DNA of 64,000 nt from Savitreella phatthalungensis (lineage: Eukaryota): NCBI GenBank assembly GCA_051599415.1, contig AP039689.1:806001-870000 (forward strand), given 5' to 3'. Positions 44,060 through 55,855 of the stretch are shown here, piece by piece. Both the position numbers and the translations under genes were made by a program. How positions within the stretch are numbered: position 1 is the stretch's first letter; each line of letters opens with the position of its first letter. The notes beneath the pieces were generated by a model. That model ran no database searches and was not told the origin of the DNA. It worked only from the letters and a program-made list of their open reading frames with translations.

Positions 44060-45718
44060 CTAGAGCAGAATGAAAGCAATGAGAGCCTGGAAAACTGCAG
44101 CTGCTGCGATGCCCTTGAGGACTGCACCGACACCAAAGGTAGTGCTGGAGGCTCCACTGCTGCTGCGGGTAGTTGCAGCCGCTGTACCAGCGGTTGTTGT
44201 TGTCCGTGTGACAGGAACGCCGCCGGCGATGCCAGATCCCGTGCCGGTCGAGGAACGTGGACGGTTGCCAGCGGAGTTGAGCGCGATGGCGGACGCAAGC
44301 GTGGGCACGACGGCCGATGAACTAGCTCCAGGCGACGAAGAGTTGTACACTGCGCCTGGGATGCCGAATGCCGAGTTGGAAATCTGTCGAATGTTGGAGC
44401 TTGACGAAGCCCCGCTGTAGGCCGCCTGGGCAACAGCGCACTGACCTTGTGGGTAGTCGTAGACAACGTACGCTGACCGCAGGAAGCTGTCGCCGAGAAG
44501 GTAGATGTTGTCGGAAGACTGTGAGAGACCGAAGATACCCAACAGGCACGTCGCTTGACCTGACAGACCGCCGTAGCGAGCAGACACAGAAGCGGGAAGT
44601 GTCTCCGTGTAGAGCAACTGCGTTGGCACACGGACAACACCGTTGTTGTCAAAGTAAAAGTCCAACGTCTGGCCATTGCCGATGCCCGAGCAGGGAACGC
44701 CGAGAATGGTGGTTCCGGACGAGTAGCTGACAGAGACACCACCGATTTGCTGTGCCAAGCTGTCGAGCAACGTCGCTGGAACATACGCGGCTGTCGTGCC
44801 AGAGTCGAGCACGACCTGCAAATTCGAAGCCTGTTGAACCGTACTCGACTGGCCGTTTGCGCCGAGCCCGTTCAGGTTGACAGTAAATGAGGGGCCGTTA
44901 TTGCTCTGCTGGATCGACAGCACAGATAATGGGCCTGTGTAGCGAGAAGAATCAACACCACCGACAGTCAGCTCGCCTCCGCCGTTCTGGTCAAGGTAGA
45001 TAGAAAACGCGGTGGTGGAGATCCGACCGGCGTCCTGGAGCTGATACAGAATTGGGTTCGGGGTGAACTGTGATGCGGCTGAGCGCGACGACTGAAGAGC
45101 AGCGTTGATGCTGGTGAAGCTGATGATTGGGTTAGGGGGTGAGAGCCCGATGATACCGCTCAGTGGGTCGCCACCGACCGGATTGTAGATGTATTCCACC
45201 AGGCCGAACTCAAGTGACGTGTCAGTCAATCCCTGGAACGTTCCGGTGTCGACAATCGTCCGACCGATTGCCTGTGTGCCGTCTGCATACGCAATGTCGA
45301 ACACTGTCGAATTGCTGTTGACCTTGAGTGTTGAGCTCGAATTCGGGTTAAAGCATGACGCCGTCTGGCAGATATTAGAGGTACCTGAGATGCGCGTCGA
45401 TCCAGGCGTGAAATTTGTAATGTTACGAGCGTTGACCCAGAGCAACGGGGAGCCTGTATCGACAATCAGCTGAACACTTTGGCCGGGAGTGCCAAGAGTG
45501 ACATTGCCGAGGTATGCGGATGCACCAGAGTTGATGTTGATGCTACCGTTAGATGTCTGACGCTTGTTGATGGTGTGCTCCGCCCATGGTGCGTCAGAAA
45601 GGTCGATCGGATTACTGATGCGCTCGATCGGGATCGAAGGGAATTGCTCGGTTGCGGTGTCCTGCGCGGCGGTTGGCAAGACCACGGTCGAGGCGAGTGT
45701 CGCCAAGCTGAAAAGCAT
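44060..45718 (-). CDS. Secreted, probably GPI-anchored A1 aspartic protease (yapsin-like)
   Basis: Signal peptide, KR processing site, catalytic DTGS and DSGT, LLGDSFLRSAYVVYD, S/T-rich stalk and hydrophobic C-terminus. Confidence 0.92.
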   Translation of the reverse strand: MLFSLATLASTVVLPTAAQDTATEQFPSIPIERISNPIDLSDAPWAEHTINKRQTSNGSININSGASAYLGNVTLGTPGQSVQLIVDTGSPLLWVNARNITNFTPGSTRISGTSNICQTASCFNPNSSSTLKVNSNSTVFDIAYADGTQAIGRTIVDTGTFQGLTDTSLEFGLVEYIYNPVGGDPLSGIIGLSPPNPIISFTSINAALQSSRSAASQFTPNPILYQLQDAGRISTTAFSIYLDQNGGGELTVGGVDSSRYTGPLSVLSIQQSNNGPSFTVNLNGLGANGQSSTVQQASNLQVVLDSGTTAAYVPATLLDSLAQQIGGVSVSYSSGTTILGVPCSGIGNGQTLDFYFDNNGVVRVPTQLLYTETLPASVSARYGGLSGQATCLLGIFGLSQSSDNIYLLGDSFLRSAYVVYDYPQGQCAVAQAAYSGASSSSNIRQISNSAFGIPGAVYNSSSPGASSSAVVPTLASAIALNSAGNRPRSSTGTGSGIAGGVPVTRTTTTAGTAAATTRSSSGASSTTFGVGAVLKGIAAAAVFQALIAFILL

Positions 45719-47503
45719 GCTGTACAAATCTATTTTGTAAGTTACTTCGGCGTGGATCTAAGCTCTTATACAATGCACTGTCAGGCGGATGTGCATGGGT
45801 AGAGCATGTCCTAGGTGCGTGTTCTGCGTGGTTGGGTATGAGGATTAGACGCGTGCGTGTCCTCCTAGTTGGTGATCGAGCCAAGATTCAACTCGAGCCG
45901 GTGGAGAATTGAAAATGACCTGCTGTGCTAGAATGGTCGAAGAATTAGATGGTGACGTCCGCAGCATGCGAAGAGGCGGCGGCGGAGATGATGCGCAGGC
46001 TAGGCTGTTGACGGCTGTGGAGGATCGCCAGCTTAGACTTCCTCGTCCTCCTTCACAAATCTCCTACTGAATCCACACCTGCTTGATTCTCAGCCTTGAA
46101 AGAACGAAGGAATTGACCCAACCGCCGAGAGAACGAAAGCTGTGAGAGGATTACCTGCGAGTTGGCAGTGTGTACGTCAGTCGTGAGCTCGAGGCTGTTT
46201 GCAGTCGGATTCTCGAGTGGCGTCTTTTATAGGATAACTTCTGAAAGATCCTCGGTCTTTAGATTGCCAGAAAATGTGCCGTCGACTCCAAGTGAATTAA
46301 TTTGATGTCTGTATCTCTTGGCACTCCGACTGACCAAGGAGGTCTTCAGGAGCCTCGACCAATGTCTTTCGCGTCCAAACAGCCGGCTCTTTGATTTCCT
46401 CTCGACCCTGGCGAGCTGATATCAACTTGCAGGTTCCACAAGGATGAATGAGGCGGATGGATGCAGGTGAGCGGAACCCGTAGTGCTTAAATGGTATCTT
46501 ATCGAGGCAAGATTCTAGTGCTCGTAGACCGTGAAAGAGAAGCTGCCACCTGGTCATTGAAGTTCGATCCAATGAGCGATAGCTAGATAGATCCTCTCAA
46601 GCACTAGTTCAGAAATCCGATGGACTGACTGTAGAGATCGATCACGATAACACAGCACGTATTCTGTGTCCAATCGACCACGAACCATATACTGCAGTCG
46701 GCGGAAGAGAAGACCGCATGAGAAGTCTCTTCACGTGTGACCACAGCTTTTGACCTGGAGTGGCCTAAAGCGGCAGATGAGCAAGCAAGAGCTCAATGAT
46801 ATATTTGTCACCTGAATCTCGGAAGATTCCAAATGTTGAGCTGAAGCGTCTGCTGCCATCAGCTGATATGCTTTAGCAAAATTCAGCATGGCAGGCAAAG
46901 CTCTCGTCTGTGCGCGATCGAGCGTGCGTGTGTGTGAGTGTGAGCTTGTGCGTGCATAGATGTCCTGCACCTGATGTGCATTTGCGACGAAGTCCGGTAC
47001 TCCGCAGCATCAGATTCTGGTGACATGCTTGACCGACCATCACCGAAAGCAATGCGTATGTCTACAATGGCATTGACCTGCGGAGTAGCTCGACAGAGAA
47101 GCGGGCTAGCGAGCGCTAGAGCCCCAACAAAGTGATATGGCACTGCATCCGTTGAAGAGCAGTGCTGTCAACTGACTGGATGCCCTCAGGGCGCCACATC
47201 TGCTCAGTGGAGAGCAAGACAGAGATGTGTCTCCATGGACATCCTTGAGTTGTACTGTGCTCGACTGCATACTTTTGCATAGATTGATTGATCGTGCATT
47301 CAGCCGGGCATCACAACACTTTTCAAGTCCCCAAGTTATGCACGTGATTGCAAGTTGTTTTTACTGTTTTGTTTACACGCGCGGAATCATAAACTCACAT
47401 CTACACCTATACTACGCCGAGTACACTATTCCTTAACGACAACCTCCATCCCGAAGTACAAGACATCAGACGAGACAGCGAGGACATTCGAGTAAGCGAC
47501 AAT

Positions 47504-49903
47504 ATGCCTACTCGCAAGTTCGCGGCTCTATCGCCTGTGAAACAGACCACTGGCAACGCGCGTTCTTCCAAGTTTGTCCGGTTGAGCGACGCAGATGAGG
47601 ACAGTGAGAGGCGCCAGCTCCATGCGACGAAAAAGGCTCGGGAAGAAGAACGGACACGCGCACTTCTAGCTCAAGCCAAGCCTTCCACGCCTCATCGAGC
47701 TGCTGCCCTCAATGGACAGGATGATGGCACGCCCCGCAGCATGCCAATCCTCGCCAACTTCGAAGAGTGGATGAAGCTTGCAACAGACAACAAAATCAAT
47801 GCTGGCAACTCCTGGAACTTTGCTCTGATCGACTATTTTCATGACATGTCTCTCCTGAGAGAAGGAGACTCGATCAACTTTCAGAAAGCCTCAGTCACGC
47901 TCGACGGATGTGTCAAGATCTACACAAACAGAGTCGACTCCGTCGCCACAGAAACTGGCAAGCTCCTGTCTGGTTTATCATCAAAGGCGAAGGACGGTGA
48001 AGGAGATGGAGAGGATCCCGGCGAGGGAGCCGCGGGCAGCGATGACGAGGGTGACAACGACGATGACGGCGATGACGAGACAAAGGCGAAGAAAGCGACC
48101 TCCCGGCGGAAAAAGACAAACGCAGGATCGACCCTGGCGAAGGACTTCAGCCAGCTGCAAGTCAAGAAGCTTGATCTTGAGTTCTTTGTTGACCCACTCT
48201 TCAAGAAGACATCCGCAGAGTTCGACGAGGGAGGCGCAAAGGGGCTCCTGCTCAACCATCTGTCCGTTGACGACGAAGGTCGCATCATTTTCGACGCCTC
48301 GGATGCTGTAGTCGAAGAATCAAATGCAGCTGCAGATACGGAGACAACTTCAGAGCGGGATCCCGCGGACATTGCCAAGGACCGAGAAGACATCGAGGCG
48401 CTCGGCCGCAGATTCCTACCGGAGCTATACGCGGAGAATGCGAGCACGGCGCTAGACGATCTGCACGTGTGCCCGTCCCTGCGTGGCTTCAAATCGGATG
48501 CGGCAGTGCTGGAGATCCCTTTGGTAGCTGCTCTCAGGGACGCCGATGCGCACGCGGAAGATCTAGACGATGACGACGAGATGGGTGCTTCACCTGCAAG
48601 TACAGGTTTGGTGGATGTGTACGACGATAACGATTCACCGGAATTTGGACAGGTTGACGACTTTGTTCCTGCCGGATCCAACTTCGCCCACAACATGCCG
48701 TCTCTGCACGCCGTTCACGGAGGTTCAGACGACGGCGCCGATGCTGACGCGCCCCTTGGCACAAACATGCACCGAGTCGACCTGTTGTCGGTCGACGGGC
48801 GGAAGCGGACTGCCATGGACGAGATGTACAGCCACTTTGATGCGATGCTGCACAAGAACTGGGCTGGCCCGGCGAACTGGAAAATCACGCGTGTAAACCA
48901 AACGTTCACAAACGGAGGCACCGTCGCTGGCGCCGAGTCCGCCGACGCCAAGAAGCAACAACGTGGAAGAACCGCTCGCGAGAAACACCTGATTGACTTC
49001 ACAGCTACCCTGGACGAGTCGAAGCTCTTCGCACCTGGCACAACCACTCAAATCTGCCTGCCGAAGACGCAGTGGTCATCCAGGACGCGGAATCTCCTCC
49101 CCGAGGACAAACACTTCTCATCTGAATCACTACTGCGGCTGTTCCTGAAACCAAAAGCACGCGTGCGTGCGGTCGGTGGACGTCACATGCGCGGTCGGCA
49201 GGACGATGGCGCGGACGGTGATCGATTTGTGGAGATGGACGAGAACTTCTGGGCGAAGGAGCAAGGTGCAGGTGAGGGTGCTGCAGGTGGTGGTGCGGTC
49301 GGGGCAGATTTCTACAACGACGACTTGGGCGTGCCTGCGAGCATGGACGATGACGAGGACGATGGTCCCCACGGATCTGGAGACGGCATGCCGACGAGCT
49401 CGACGGCGTTCGGAGATGACGACGACGCAGCAGCAGGTCTCACGCCTGACTTTGCAGCCAACCTCCACGCCCTCCGTCGCAAGAACAAGCCAGAGTATGT
49501 CAACTTTGCGCGCACCGCGAAGAAAGTCGACGTCCACGTACTCAAGCAAAACCTCTGGCAGAAACTCGACCTCCCAACAACCGCTACCCCGGACCCAGCC
49601 ACCCCCGCAGAGACACAGCACGAAGAGCGCAAGTTCACAGAAGTCGTCCACGCTCTCAAAGACGTCTACCCTGCCAACAAGCTTGGTGAGATCTCGACCT
49701 CGTTCTGCTTTATCTGCCTGCTGCACTTGGCGAACGAGGAGGGTTTGGAGATTACGCAGGCGGATGACGCTTCGGGTGACTTGTCTGTGGGTAGGACGCG
49801 TGACGGTGAGGATGATGGGATGGAGGCAATCACAAGGGGCATGCACGACCTCGTCGTCAGGAGAGATCCACACATGATGACGAGTGCAATCCCAGCTGCA
49901 TAA
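47504..49903 (+). CDS. BRN1: Condensin kleisin subunit Brn1/Cnd2/CAP-H
   Basis: NFEEWMKLATDNKIN..NSWNFALID, FQKAS.TLDGCVKIY..RVDSV, DPLFKK..FDEGGA, WAGP..W, FICLLHLANEEGL. Confidence 0.96.
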   Translation: MPTRKFAALSPVKQTTGNARSSKFVRLSDADEDSERRQLHATKKAREEERTRALLAQAKPSTPHRAAALNGQDDGTPRSMPILANFEEWMKLATDNKINAGNSWNFALIDYFHDMSLLREGDSINFQKASVTLDGCVKIYTNRVDSVATETGKLLSGLSSKAKDGEGDGEDPGEGAAGSDDEGDNDDDGDDETKAKKATSRRKKTNAGSTLAKDFSQLQVKKLDLEFFVDPLFKKTSAEFDEGGAKGLLLNHLSVDDEGRIIFDASDAVVEESNAAADTETTSERDPADIAKDREDIEALGRRFLPELYAENASTALDDLHVCPSLRGFKSDAAVLEIPLVAALRDADAHAEDLDDDDEMGASPASTGLVDVYDDNDSPEFGQVDDFVPAGSNFAHNMPSLHAVHGGSDDGADADAPLGTNMHRVDLLSVDGRKRTAMDEMYSHFDAMLHKNWAGPANWKITRVNQTFTNGGTVAGAESADAKKQQRGRTAREKHLIDFTATLDESKLFAPGTTTQICLPKTQWSSRTRNLLPEDKHFSSESLLRLFLKPKARVRAVGGRHMRGRQDDGADGDRFVEMDENFWAKEQGAGEGAAGGGAVGADFYNDDLGVPASMDDDEDDGPHGSGDGMPTSSTAFGDDDDAAAGLTPDFAANLHALRRKNKPEYVNFARTAKKVDVHVLKQNLWQKLDLPTTATPDPATPAETQHEERKFTEVVHALKDVYPANKLGEISTSFCFICLLHLANEEGLEITQADDASGDLSVGRTRDGEDDGMEAITRGMHDLVVRRDPHMMTSAIPAA

Positions 49904-49990
49904 GGCCCCTTCCCAGTACCGGGCATCTGTACATATCTGCAGGGACAACGAAGTATATTGTATCTGTCGTAATGCTGTTGTGTGATTATG

Positions 49991-51145
49991 CTATGTGGTG
50001 ATGGTGGTGGTAGTGTGGCCGGCGAGTGCCCTGGAAGTGTCTCTGAAGAGGTCGAGTGCAGCTTTGGCTCTGCCTGAAGTGATGGCGGTCTCTGCTGCTG
50101 CGACGGCTGCCTTGTAGTCTGTTTCTGCGCGTGCGAGGACCACGAGTGCGGCTGCGTTGAGGAGGACGTAGTCGTACACTGGATCTCCACGTATCCGCCC
50201 GCCTCCGCCACCACCGAGAATCTCACCCAGCGTCCGCGCGTTCTCCTCCGGCGTGCCAGACCGCACATCCTCCAGCCTGTGGAGCGAGATCCCAAAGTCA
50301 CGTTCCGGGTGCAAATCACCCTTCACCACACCATCCTCAGGCGTGTACGTCCACGTATCCGTCACGCCAGCAGGCGAGATCTCATCCAGTCCACGCCCGA
50401 CCCCATCACCGCCAGCCGCGTCCCCTGTCCTGCCGCACACAATCATACACCGGCCTTCGGGCTGAAGGAGTGCGAAGGCGTTGCAGAAGGTGTGTCCGAG
50501 GTTGGCTGAATGTACGCCTATGATGCGCGCGTGGATGGGTGCTGGGTTGAGCAGGGGTCCTAGGAGGTTGAAGATTGTCGGGTGGGTGAGTGATTTGCGG
50601 ATAGGGGCTACCCGGAGCATCGCAGGGTGCCACATTGGAGCTAGCAGGAACACAAACGGACACCGGTCCACCAGCGACTCACCACTACCACCCACATCAG
50701 CAACCAGCGCCGACGGCGTGAGCATCAACTCACACCCGTATGACCGCAGGATATCAGCACTCCCACTAGCAGAGGTAGACGCCTTGTTCCCGTGCTTGAT
50801 CACCTTGATCGCAGGGTGGCCTGCACACACGATTGCTGCGGTTGTCGAGACGTTGTAGGTGTTGTGTCCGTCGCCGCCTGTGCCTACGATGTCGACGACG
50901 GTCGTGCCGGGGTCTGTGGGTTTTGGGTTGGTGGATATTGGCCAGCGGTTTGCGGCACAACGGAGGACGCTGGCTGCCGCTGAAAGCACTTCCGGGTCAC
51001 GGTCCAGGGAGGTCTCATGCAAGCGTGTCAGGAAAGCTCGGACCGTGGTCTCATAATCCGGCAGCTGATCGCCAGACACGATCTCCTCGAAGCAACGAGT
51101 GATCAGCGACACAGATGCCCTTGGCTCCCTCAGGAACTCGTCCAT
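49991..51145 (-). CDS. TRP4: Anthranilate phosphoribosyltransferase
   Basis: VDIVGTGGDGHNTYNVST, KHGNKASTSASGSAD, IRK.L..PTIFNLLGPL.NP, GLDEISP, LNAAA. Confidence 0.95.
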   Translation of the reverse strand: MDEFLREPRASVSLITRCFEEIVSGDQLPDYETTVRAFLTRLHETSLDRDPEVLSAAASVLRCAANRWPISTNPKPTDPGTTVVDIVGTGGDGHNTYNVSTTAAIVCAGHPAIKVIKHGNKASTSASGSADILRSYGCELMLTPSALVADVGGSGESLVDRCPFVFLLAPMWHPAMLRVAPIRKSLTHPTIFNLLGPLLNPAPIHARIIGVHSANLGHTFCNAFALLQPEGRCMIVCGRTGDAAGGDGVGRGLDEISPAGVTDTWTYTPEDGVVKGDLHPERDFGISLHRLEDVRSGTPEENARTLGEILGGGGGGRIRGDPVYDYVLLNAAALVVLARAETDYKAAVAAAETAITSGRAKAALDLFRDTSRALAGHTTTTITT

Positions 51146-51433
51146 GACCGAGTCTTGAAGAGCTAAAGGATGCAGACCCGCCGAACCTGGTAGTCGGACA
51201 ATGACTGTTATGTGGTCATCAATAATTTTAAGCTTGGCGGCAGTTCTGTGGCATATGTTGTTGATCAAAATCAATTAAAGATTTTCAGAAGTCAGGTGTT
51301 CATGAGGACTGAGCGGCTCTGAGGCTGGCGAAAGCATGTGACAGGAATAGTACATGATCTATGACTAGGCTACGAAGGTTTTGAAGAGAGTCGAAGGTAT
51401 TGTTTGTACGTATACGTGTGCGCCACAGCAAGC

Positions 51434-52426
51434 TTATGCCTTGGCTGCTGCTGCTGCTGCGACCTCAGGCACCTTTGCGCGAGCCCTGCGAAGGAGTGCA
51501 AAGGCAATCATGGTGTACTTGGTGAAGAGTTCTCTGAAGTAGAAGAGAATAGCCTGTGTGAGGACTGCCTTTGAGATCTGTGTGTCCATGCCCTTGTACA
51601 GACCGATGAATCCGTCCTCCTGAACGATCTTTGTGAGGATGCCGATGGCGGAGAGCTGACGCTGGGTAGCTGCGACCGCTGGGTCTTCGTCCTTGTGCTG
51701 CATGCGCACCTTGGCCATGATGTATGGGTAGGTGACGACGGTCGCGACCGTCTTCGAGATGGCACCGATTAGGAATGCTTGCCCCGGTGTAGGCTTTGCG
51801 ACTTCCCCGACCATTCGCTTCTTGAGGATCTGGAAAAGTCCATAGGTGATAGCTGGGTTGACACAGAGGACGAGGGAAGGCCGAAGACCGCGCCATAGAC
51901 CGGTGATGCCGTCCTCATTGATGACCTCAAGAGCGGTAGCGATGAGGCCCCTCCGACGAGCCTTTGAGGCTGTCTGCTGACGTGTCGTGCAGACGGAGAG
52001 CGGGATGGTGAAGATGGTTGCGAGAGCGCCTGCTGCTGCGCCGAGGACTAGCTCCATAGCTGTGGAAATAACAGGGTAGCGTGCGGTGTAGAAATCCCGG
52101 ACGAATGTGTACCAGTAGAAGTAGGCAAAGTTCTGAGAGGCTGTGCCGACGAGACCGCCTGCAATACCTGCATATAGACCGGTGATACCGTCCTTCTTGA
52201 GCATCTTCTGTATGGCATCGAGAGCATTGGCGTAGTGCTCGTCGGGATGGCTGCGAGAGCCGTCCTTGGCTGGGTTATCCCGGTTCGATTGACGCTGGAC
52301 CTGAAGACGTGTCTTGACGATGTCGAGCGGGTAGACGACTGCGTTGGCAAAAACTGCGCCTAGTGCGCCTGCGATGGCATCACCAAAAGGAGAGAGTGGC
52401 TCGAGTGGAAGACTCTGAGCAGGCAT
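51434..52426 (-). CDS. ANT1: Peroxisomal adenine nucleotide carrier (Ant1/PMP34-like, mitochondrial carrier family)
   Basis: YPLDIVKTRLQVQ, NFAYFYWY, LVLCVNPAITYG, SKTVATVVTYPYIMAK. Confidence 0.85.
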   Translation of the reverse strand: MPAQSLPLEPLSPFGDAIAGALGAVFANAVVYPLDIVKTRLQVQRQSNRDNPAKDGSRSHPDEHYANALDAIQKMLKKDGITGLYAGIAGGLVGTASQNFAYFYWYTFVRDFYTARYPVISTAMELVLGAAAGALATIFTIPLSVCTTRQQTASKARRRGLIATALEVINEDGITGLWRGLRPSLVLCVNPAITYGLFQILKKRMVGEVAKPTPGQAFLIGAISKTVATVVTYPYIMAKVRMQHKDEDPAVAATQRQLSAIGILTKIVQEDGFIGLYKGMDTQISKAVLTQAILFYFRELFTKYTMIAFALLRRARAKVPEVAAAAAAKA

Positions 52427-52711
52427 GGTTCGGCTGAAATAAATGGGCTAGAAAGAAGATTGTCTGGGAAACTTGATGTATGGGCTGTTGGCTGTTGTCG
52501 GGGGGAGTGTGGAGTAGGGAGAGAAGGTAAGGTGAAGGAAGTGGAGATGCGAGGGAGGATCTAGTAGTGATTGTGGAGATAGAAGGACACTGCTAAAGAG
52601 AATTGTCGGTAATCGACCTGCGCGACGGCTGACTGATTAACTGACTGTCGGACTGCCTGGATGGCACTCGTGACCTGGATGATTGAGCTACGGATGGCAG
52701 TGATGTGTGGA

Positions 52712-52752
52712 TGAAAGTGAGAGTAGGAGTGAGAGTGAAAGTGAGAGTAAGA
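52712..52752. repeat. Short 12-bp-period purine-rich repeat (AGTGAGAGT core, 3 copies)
   Basis: tgaaagtgagagtaggagtgagagtgaaagtgagagtaaga. Confidence 0.6.
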
Positions 52753-53788
52753 TGGAAATGACACTGGTGTGTGCGCCTAAGCGGATTGTACCAGGAGAGT
52801 GACCGAGGAAGTGGAGTAGTAGACCTGTGATACTAACCTGGTCCACTGTCCGTTCGTTCGTTCGTGCGTTTGTTCGTTTACTCAACTCTGGCGGGCGCAA
52901 GCGCAAGCCGGTGATGCTATATGGCTGTGATTGGGAGTGGATAATGACTAGCCTTCTCCGTAGATTCCTCCCCAGGTGGACCTTCCCCGGGGAACAACAA
53001 GTTGAAGCAGAATCGATCATCTACAGCAAGTGGAAATCAATCAGAACTCACTGTACTCCAAACTGTGCATACTTTTCTTCTACCTGTACTCCAGACTGTA
53101 TACACGGTAATGTGCGGTACAGCATACTTTATACGCATATCCCGGGGTAGAAAGGTATCACCTATATATAGTCAGTGAATTGAAATCACTTAATTGAATC
53201 CACAGTGGAGCCGGTAGTTTAAAAAACGCCCTAAAAGGTTATCAAGTTCTAAATGGATGGATAATTTTCAAATTTCTCCATGTGTATGTGGAATTCGTCC
53301 CGGGATGTCCATCAGAGAGATCCGGAACTGAATACTGTATATACAGCGTGCATATCCCTCATTAGCTCTCTCACTTCCCACTTCGTACAGACCGATCATT
53401 CGTCGAGCGGAATCATCGTTCCATGTGTATACACGGGTTACATATAGCCTCGGCCCCAGCCGGCCACACTTTTTCAAGTGCACTTCAACCATCGATCGTA
53501 TTTCCTTGAATGCGGAAAGAGAATGACCGAGATTGACAGTTGATGCACGCAATACTCACTCACACACATTTTCTTCCAACCCTGTGCGTTATCGGACATT
53601 CTTTGGGTGATTCAGAAGAGGCGAGGCCTGACGTACATTTGTTGCCAAACACATCGATGAAATCATATCCTTAACCAACATCGATTCAAAAGTGTATGGG
53701 TATCGCACATGTACAGTGACAGACATATATCTGATATTGATATCTAATCCCGGTCTCGCGAATGTGCTTATCTGCACGTGTGAGTCCG

Positions 53789-55276
53789 TTATAGGACAAG
53801 ACTACGACTCGTGCTTTCCAACTCTTGCTTCTTTTGAGACCCATTCGAACTCTGCCCCGTCAGCAGTTGAGTCATCATATTTTCTGGCGTGATCGATGTG
53901 TCTAGTGTGCCACCCAGGTTCTGGATGACTGACGGAAGAGAAGGTAGATCGTTGCTTGAACCAGCTGCGTGGGTAAAATTACTGCTGCCGGAGCTGCTTG
54001 GAGCCGTGCCAGGGAGACCCAGCATCGGATTTGTCAACATCGATGTGATCGAGCTTATGACTGAGCTGAGTGGCGAAGTGCTACTGCTTGTTGTTCCATT
54101 AGTGCTCGATCCACCGAGTACGCCCGTCAGACCAGAAATAACACCTCCTAATCCTGCCCCACTTGATCCTCCCACAGTGCCGTTTCCTGTAGGAGATGAC
54201 CCACCGAGTGATCCGAGACCTCCGGTGATCATACCGCCTGCAAGCGAAAACACTTTACTTCGATCGACCATGAAGGTTTTGTCGAATGACGGCATGACTT
54301 GCGTCACCCAGGCACTTTTGAGCGCTTTGACACCTTTCACCTCAATTGGTAGCTGCTCCTGCGTGAGTAGCGGTCCGATCGTACTGAATATGTTCGGATC
54401 TTGAAGAAGCTTGTTGATGTCCAAGTCCGTCTGCAGACTCAGGCTGTTCTTGCCCGGCTTGATACCGAGCGAGGCCACGGGCTCTCCTAGACTCGCAGTT
54501 GCCAGATGAATACTGACTTGGCAGGGTCCAAAATCAGCGCTGATGAGCGACGGATTGTACAAGTTTACTTCGGCCTGCACCTTCCCTCCTGGAACCGACT
54601 GAATCGATTTGACAATGCCCGTCAAATCCTTCAGACCTTTCTGCGTGATCCGCTTACTCAAGTCAAACTTGTACTTGTGCCCGATCACGTGAACATGTGT
54701 CGACCCGCGGACGTTGATCGCCACCTCGTCCGCCGTCAAGATCGTCTTTGCAAATTTGATCATTCCCTCTGGGTTGGTCACGTTGACGCGCTGAGCGAGA
54801 TCGATCGTGAGTGATCTCAGTTCTGGCATTTGGAATTGCAAGATCTGTCCGCCGTCATCATCGCTGATGTCCGCAACGAAAGGCTCCACCCTGATAGGAA
54901 CTGGAGCTTTTCCATTCCCAAGCTTGGCGTGTAGCTCAATGGCGAAGTCGGTGTCAGTAGGATCACTGAGGGACATGCCCAGAAGCTCCATTTTCGACTT
55001 CTCGGCCATAATTTTGATGACTGCCGGGACGATTGCGAAATAGATGACGGGAATGGTGATGATGGTGCCGAGGATGACTGAGATGATGGTGCATACAAGC
55101 AGTTTACGCCGATTGAGCTTCCAATTTCCCTTGCGTGGCGAGCCGGAGGACGGGAGCTTCTCATTCAGCATGTCGTAAAGCTGCCTACGCCGTGTACGTG
55201 GTGAGTTGGCGCCGCTTTCGACGTCAAGCGGTCTCCCCGGGTCACTGCCGAAACCCACATCGGAAGCTCGAGCCAT
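53789..55276 (-). CDS. Single-pass membrane protein, probably DUF3712/Tag1-like beta-rich domain with a G/S/T-rich tail
   Basis: Basic N-terminus, one TM helix ending in IVP, F...IL...V...V.G motif and NLYNPS; family call is from motif resemblance only. Confidence 0.6.
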   Translation of the reverse strand: MARASDVGFGSDPGRPLDVESGANSPRTRRRQLYDMLNEKLPSSGSPRKGNWKLNRRKLLVCTIISVILGTIITIPVIYFAIVPAVIKIMAEKSKMELLGMSLSDPTDTDFAIELHAKLGNGKAPVPIRVEPFVADISDDDGGQILQFQMPELRSLTIDLAQRVNVTNPEGMIKFAKTILTADEVAINVRGSTHVHVIGHKYKFDLSKRITQKGLKDLTGIVKSIQSVPGGKVQAEVNLYNPSLISADFGPCQVSIHLATASLGEPVASLGIKPGKNSLSLQTDLDINKLLQDPNIFSTIGPLLTQEQLPIEVKGVKALKSAWVTQVMPSFDKTFMVDRSKVFSLAGGMITGGLGSLGGSSPTGNGTVGGSSGAGLGGVISGLTGVLGGSSTNGTTSSSTSPLSSVISSITSMLTNPMLGLPGTAPSSSGSSNFTHAAGSSNDLPSLPSVIQNLGGTLDTSITPENMMTQLLTGQSSNGSQKKQELESTSRSLVL

Positions 55277-55845
55277 GAGACACTGAACTGTGTTCCTGCA
55301 GTTCAGACACGTTCAGATAGTTGGTACTACAATCTCTCTTATGTATCTACCGACCATGCATCCGCGTTTCACATCCATTAGACGTTGCGACCATGCGCGT
55401 GTCTGACCCTGTCTCATACAGCCGCGACATTACGAGCTATATCTACAGTCTAACGACTTTACATCAGCGTACATCTAAGATCATCTCGATTCGTTTTGCC
55501 TGAGGGAACCCCATAATTGGAGCTGCGCTTGCCGTGCGGCTCGGCTCTACTATTTATTTGACAGCATTTTTTTCTGGGCAAATTCGTGAGGCGAACGAAC
55601 ACGCTTCCGACACGAGCTGCCTGCATGGATTAGACTGCTGCCATATCGCCATCCCACTGATCATCGTCTTCCCTGCCTGAGATACGATGAACGTGAGAAG
55701 TCAGCAGCTTCTTCGAACGATCAATGGGAACCGATGAGTCGAGTTTGATCTGTTCTTACGCTATCCAAGACGAAAACGTCAACTGCATACCTGCCCACAT
55801 GCGATATGAGACTGTCGACAAGCAACCACCACAGCTCGCGGTGAA

Positions 55846-55855
55846 ATGACGTCAT
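55846..55855. promoter_or_regulatory. Perfect CRE palindrome ATGACGTCAT (ATF/CREB bZIP site)
   Basis: Exact 10-bp palindrome in a divergent promoter. Confidence 0.45.
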
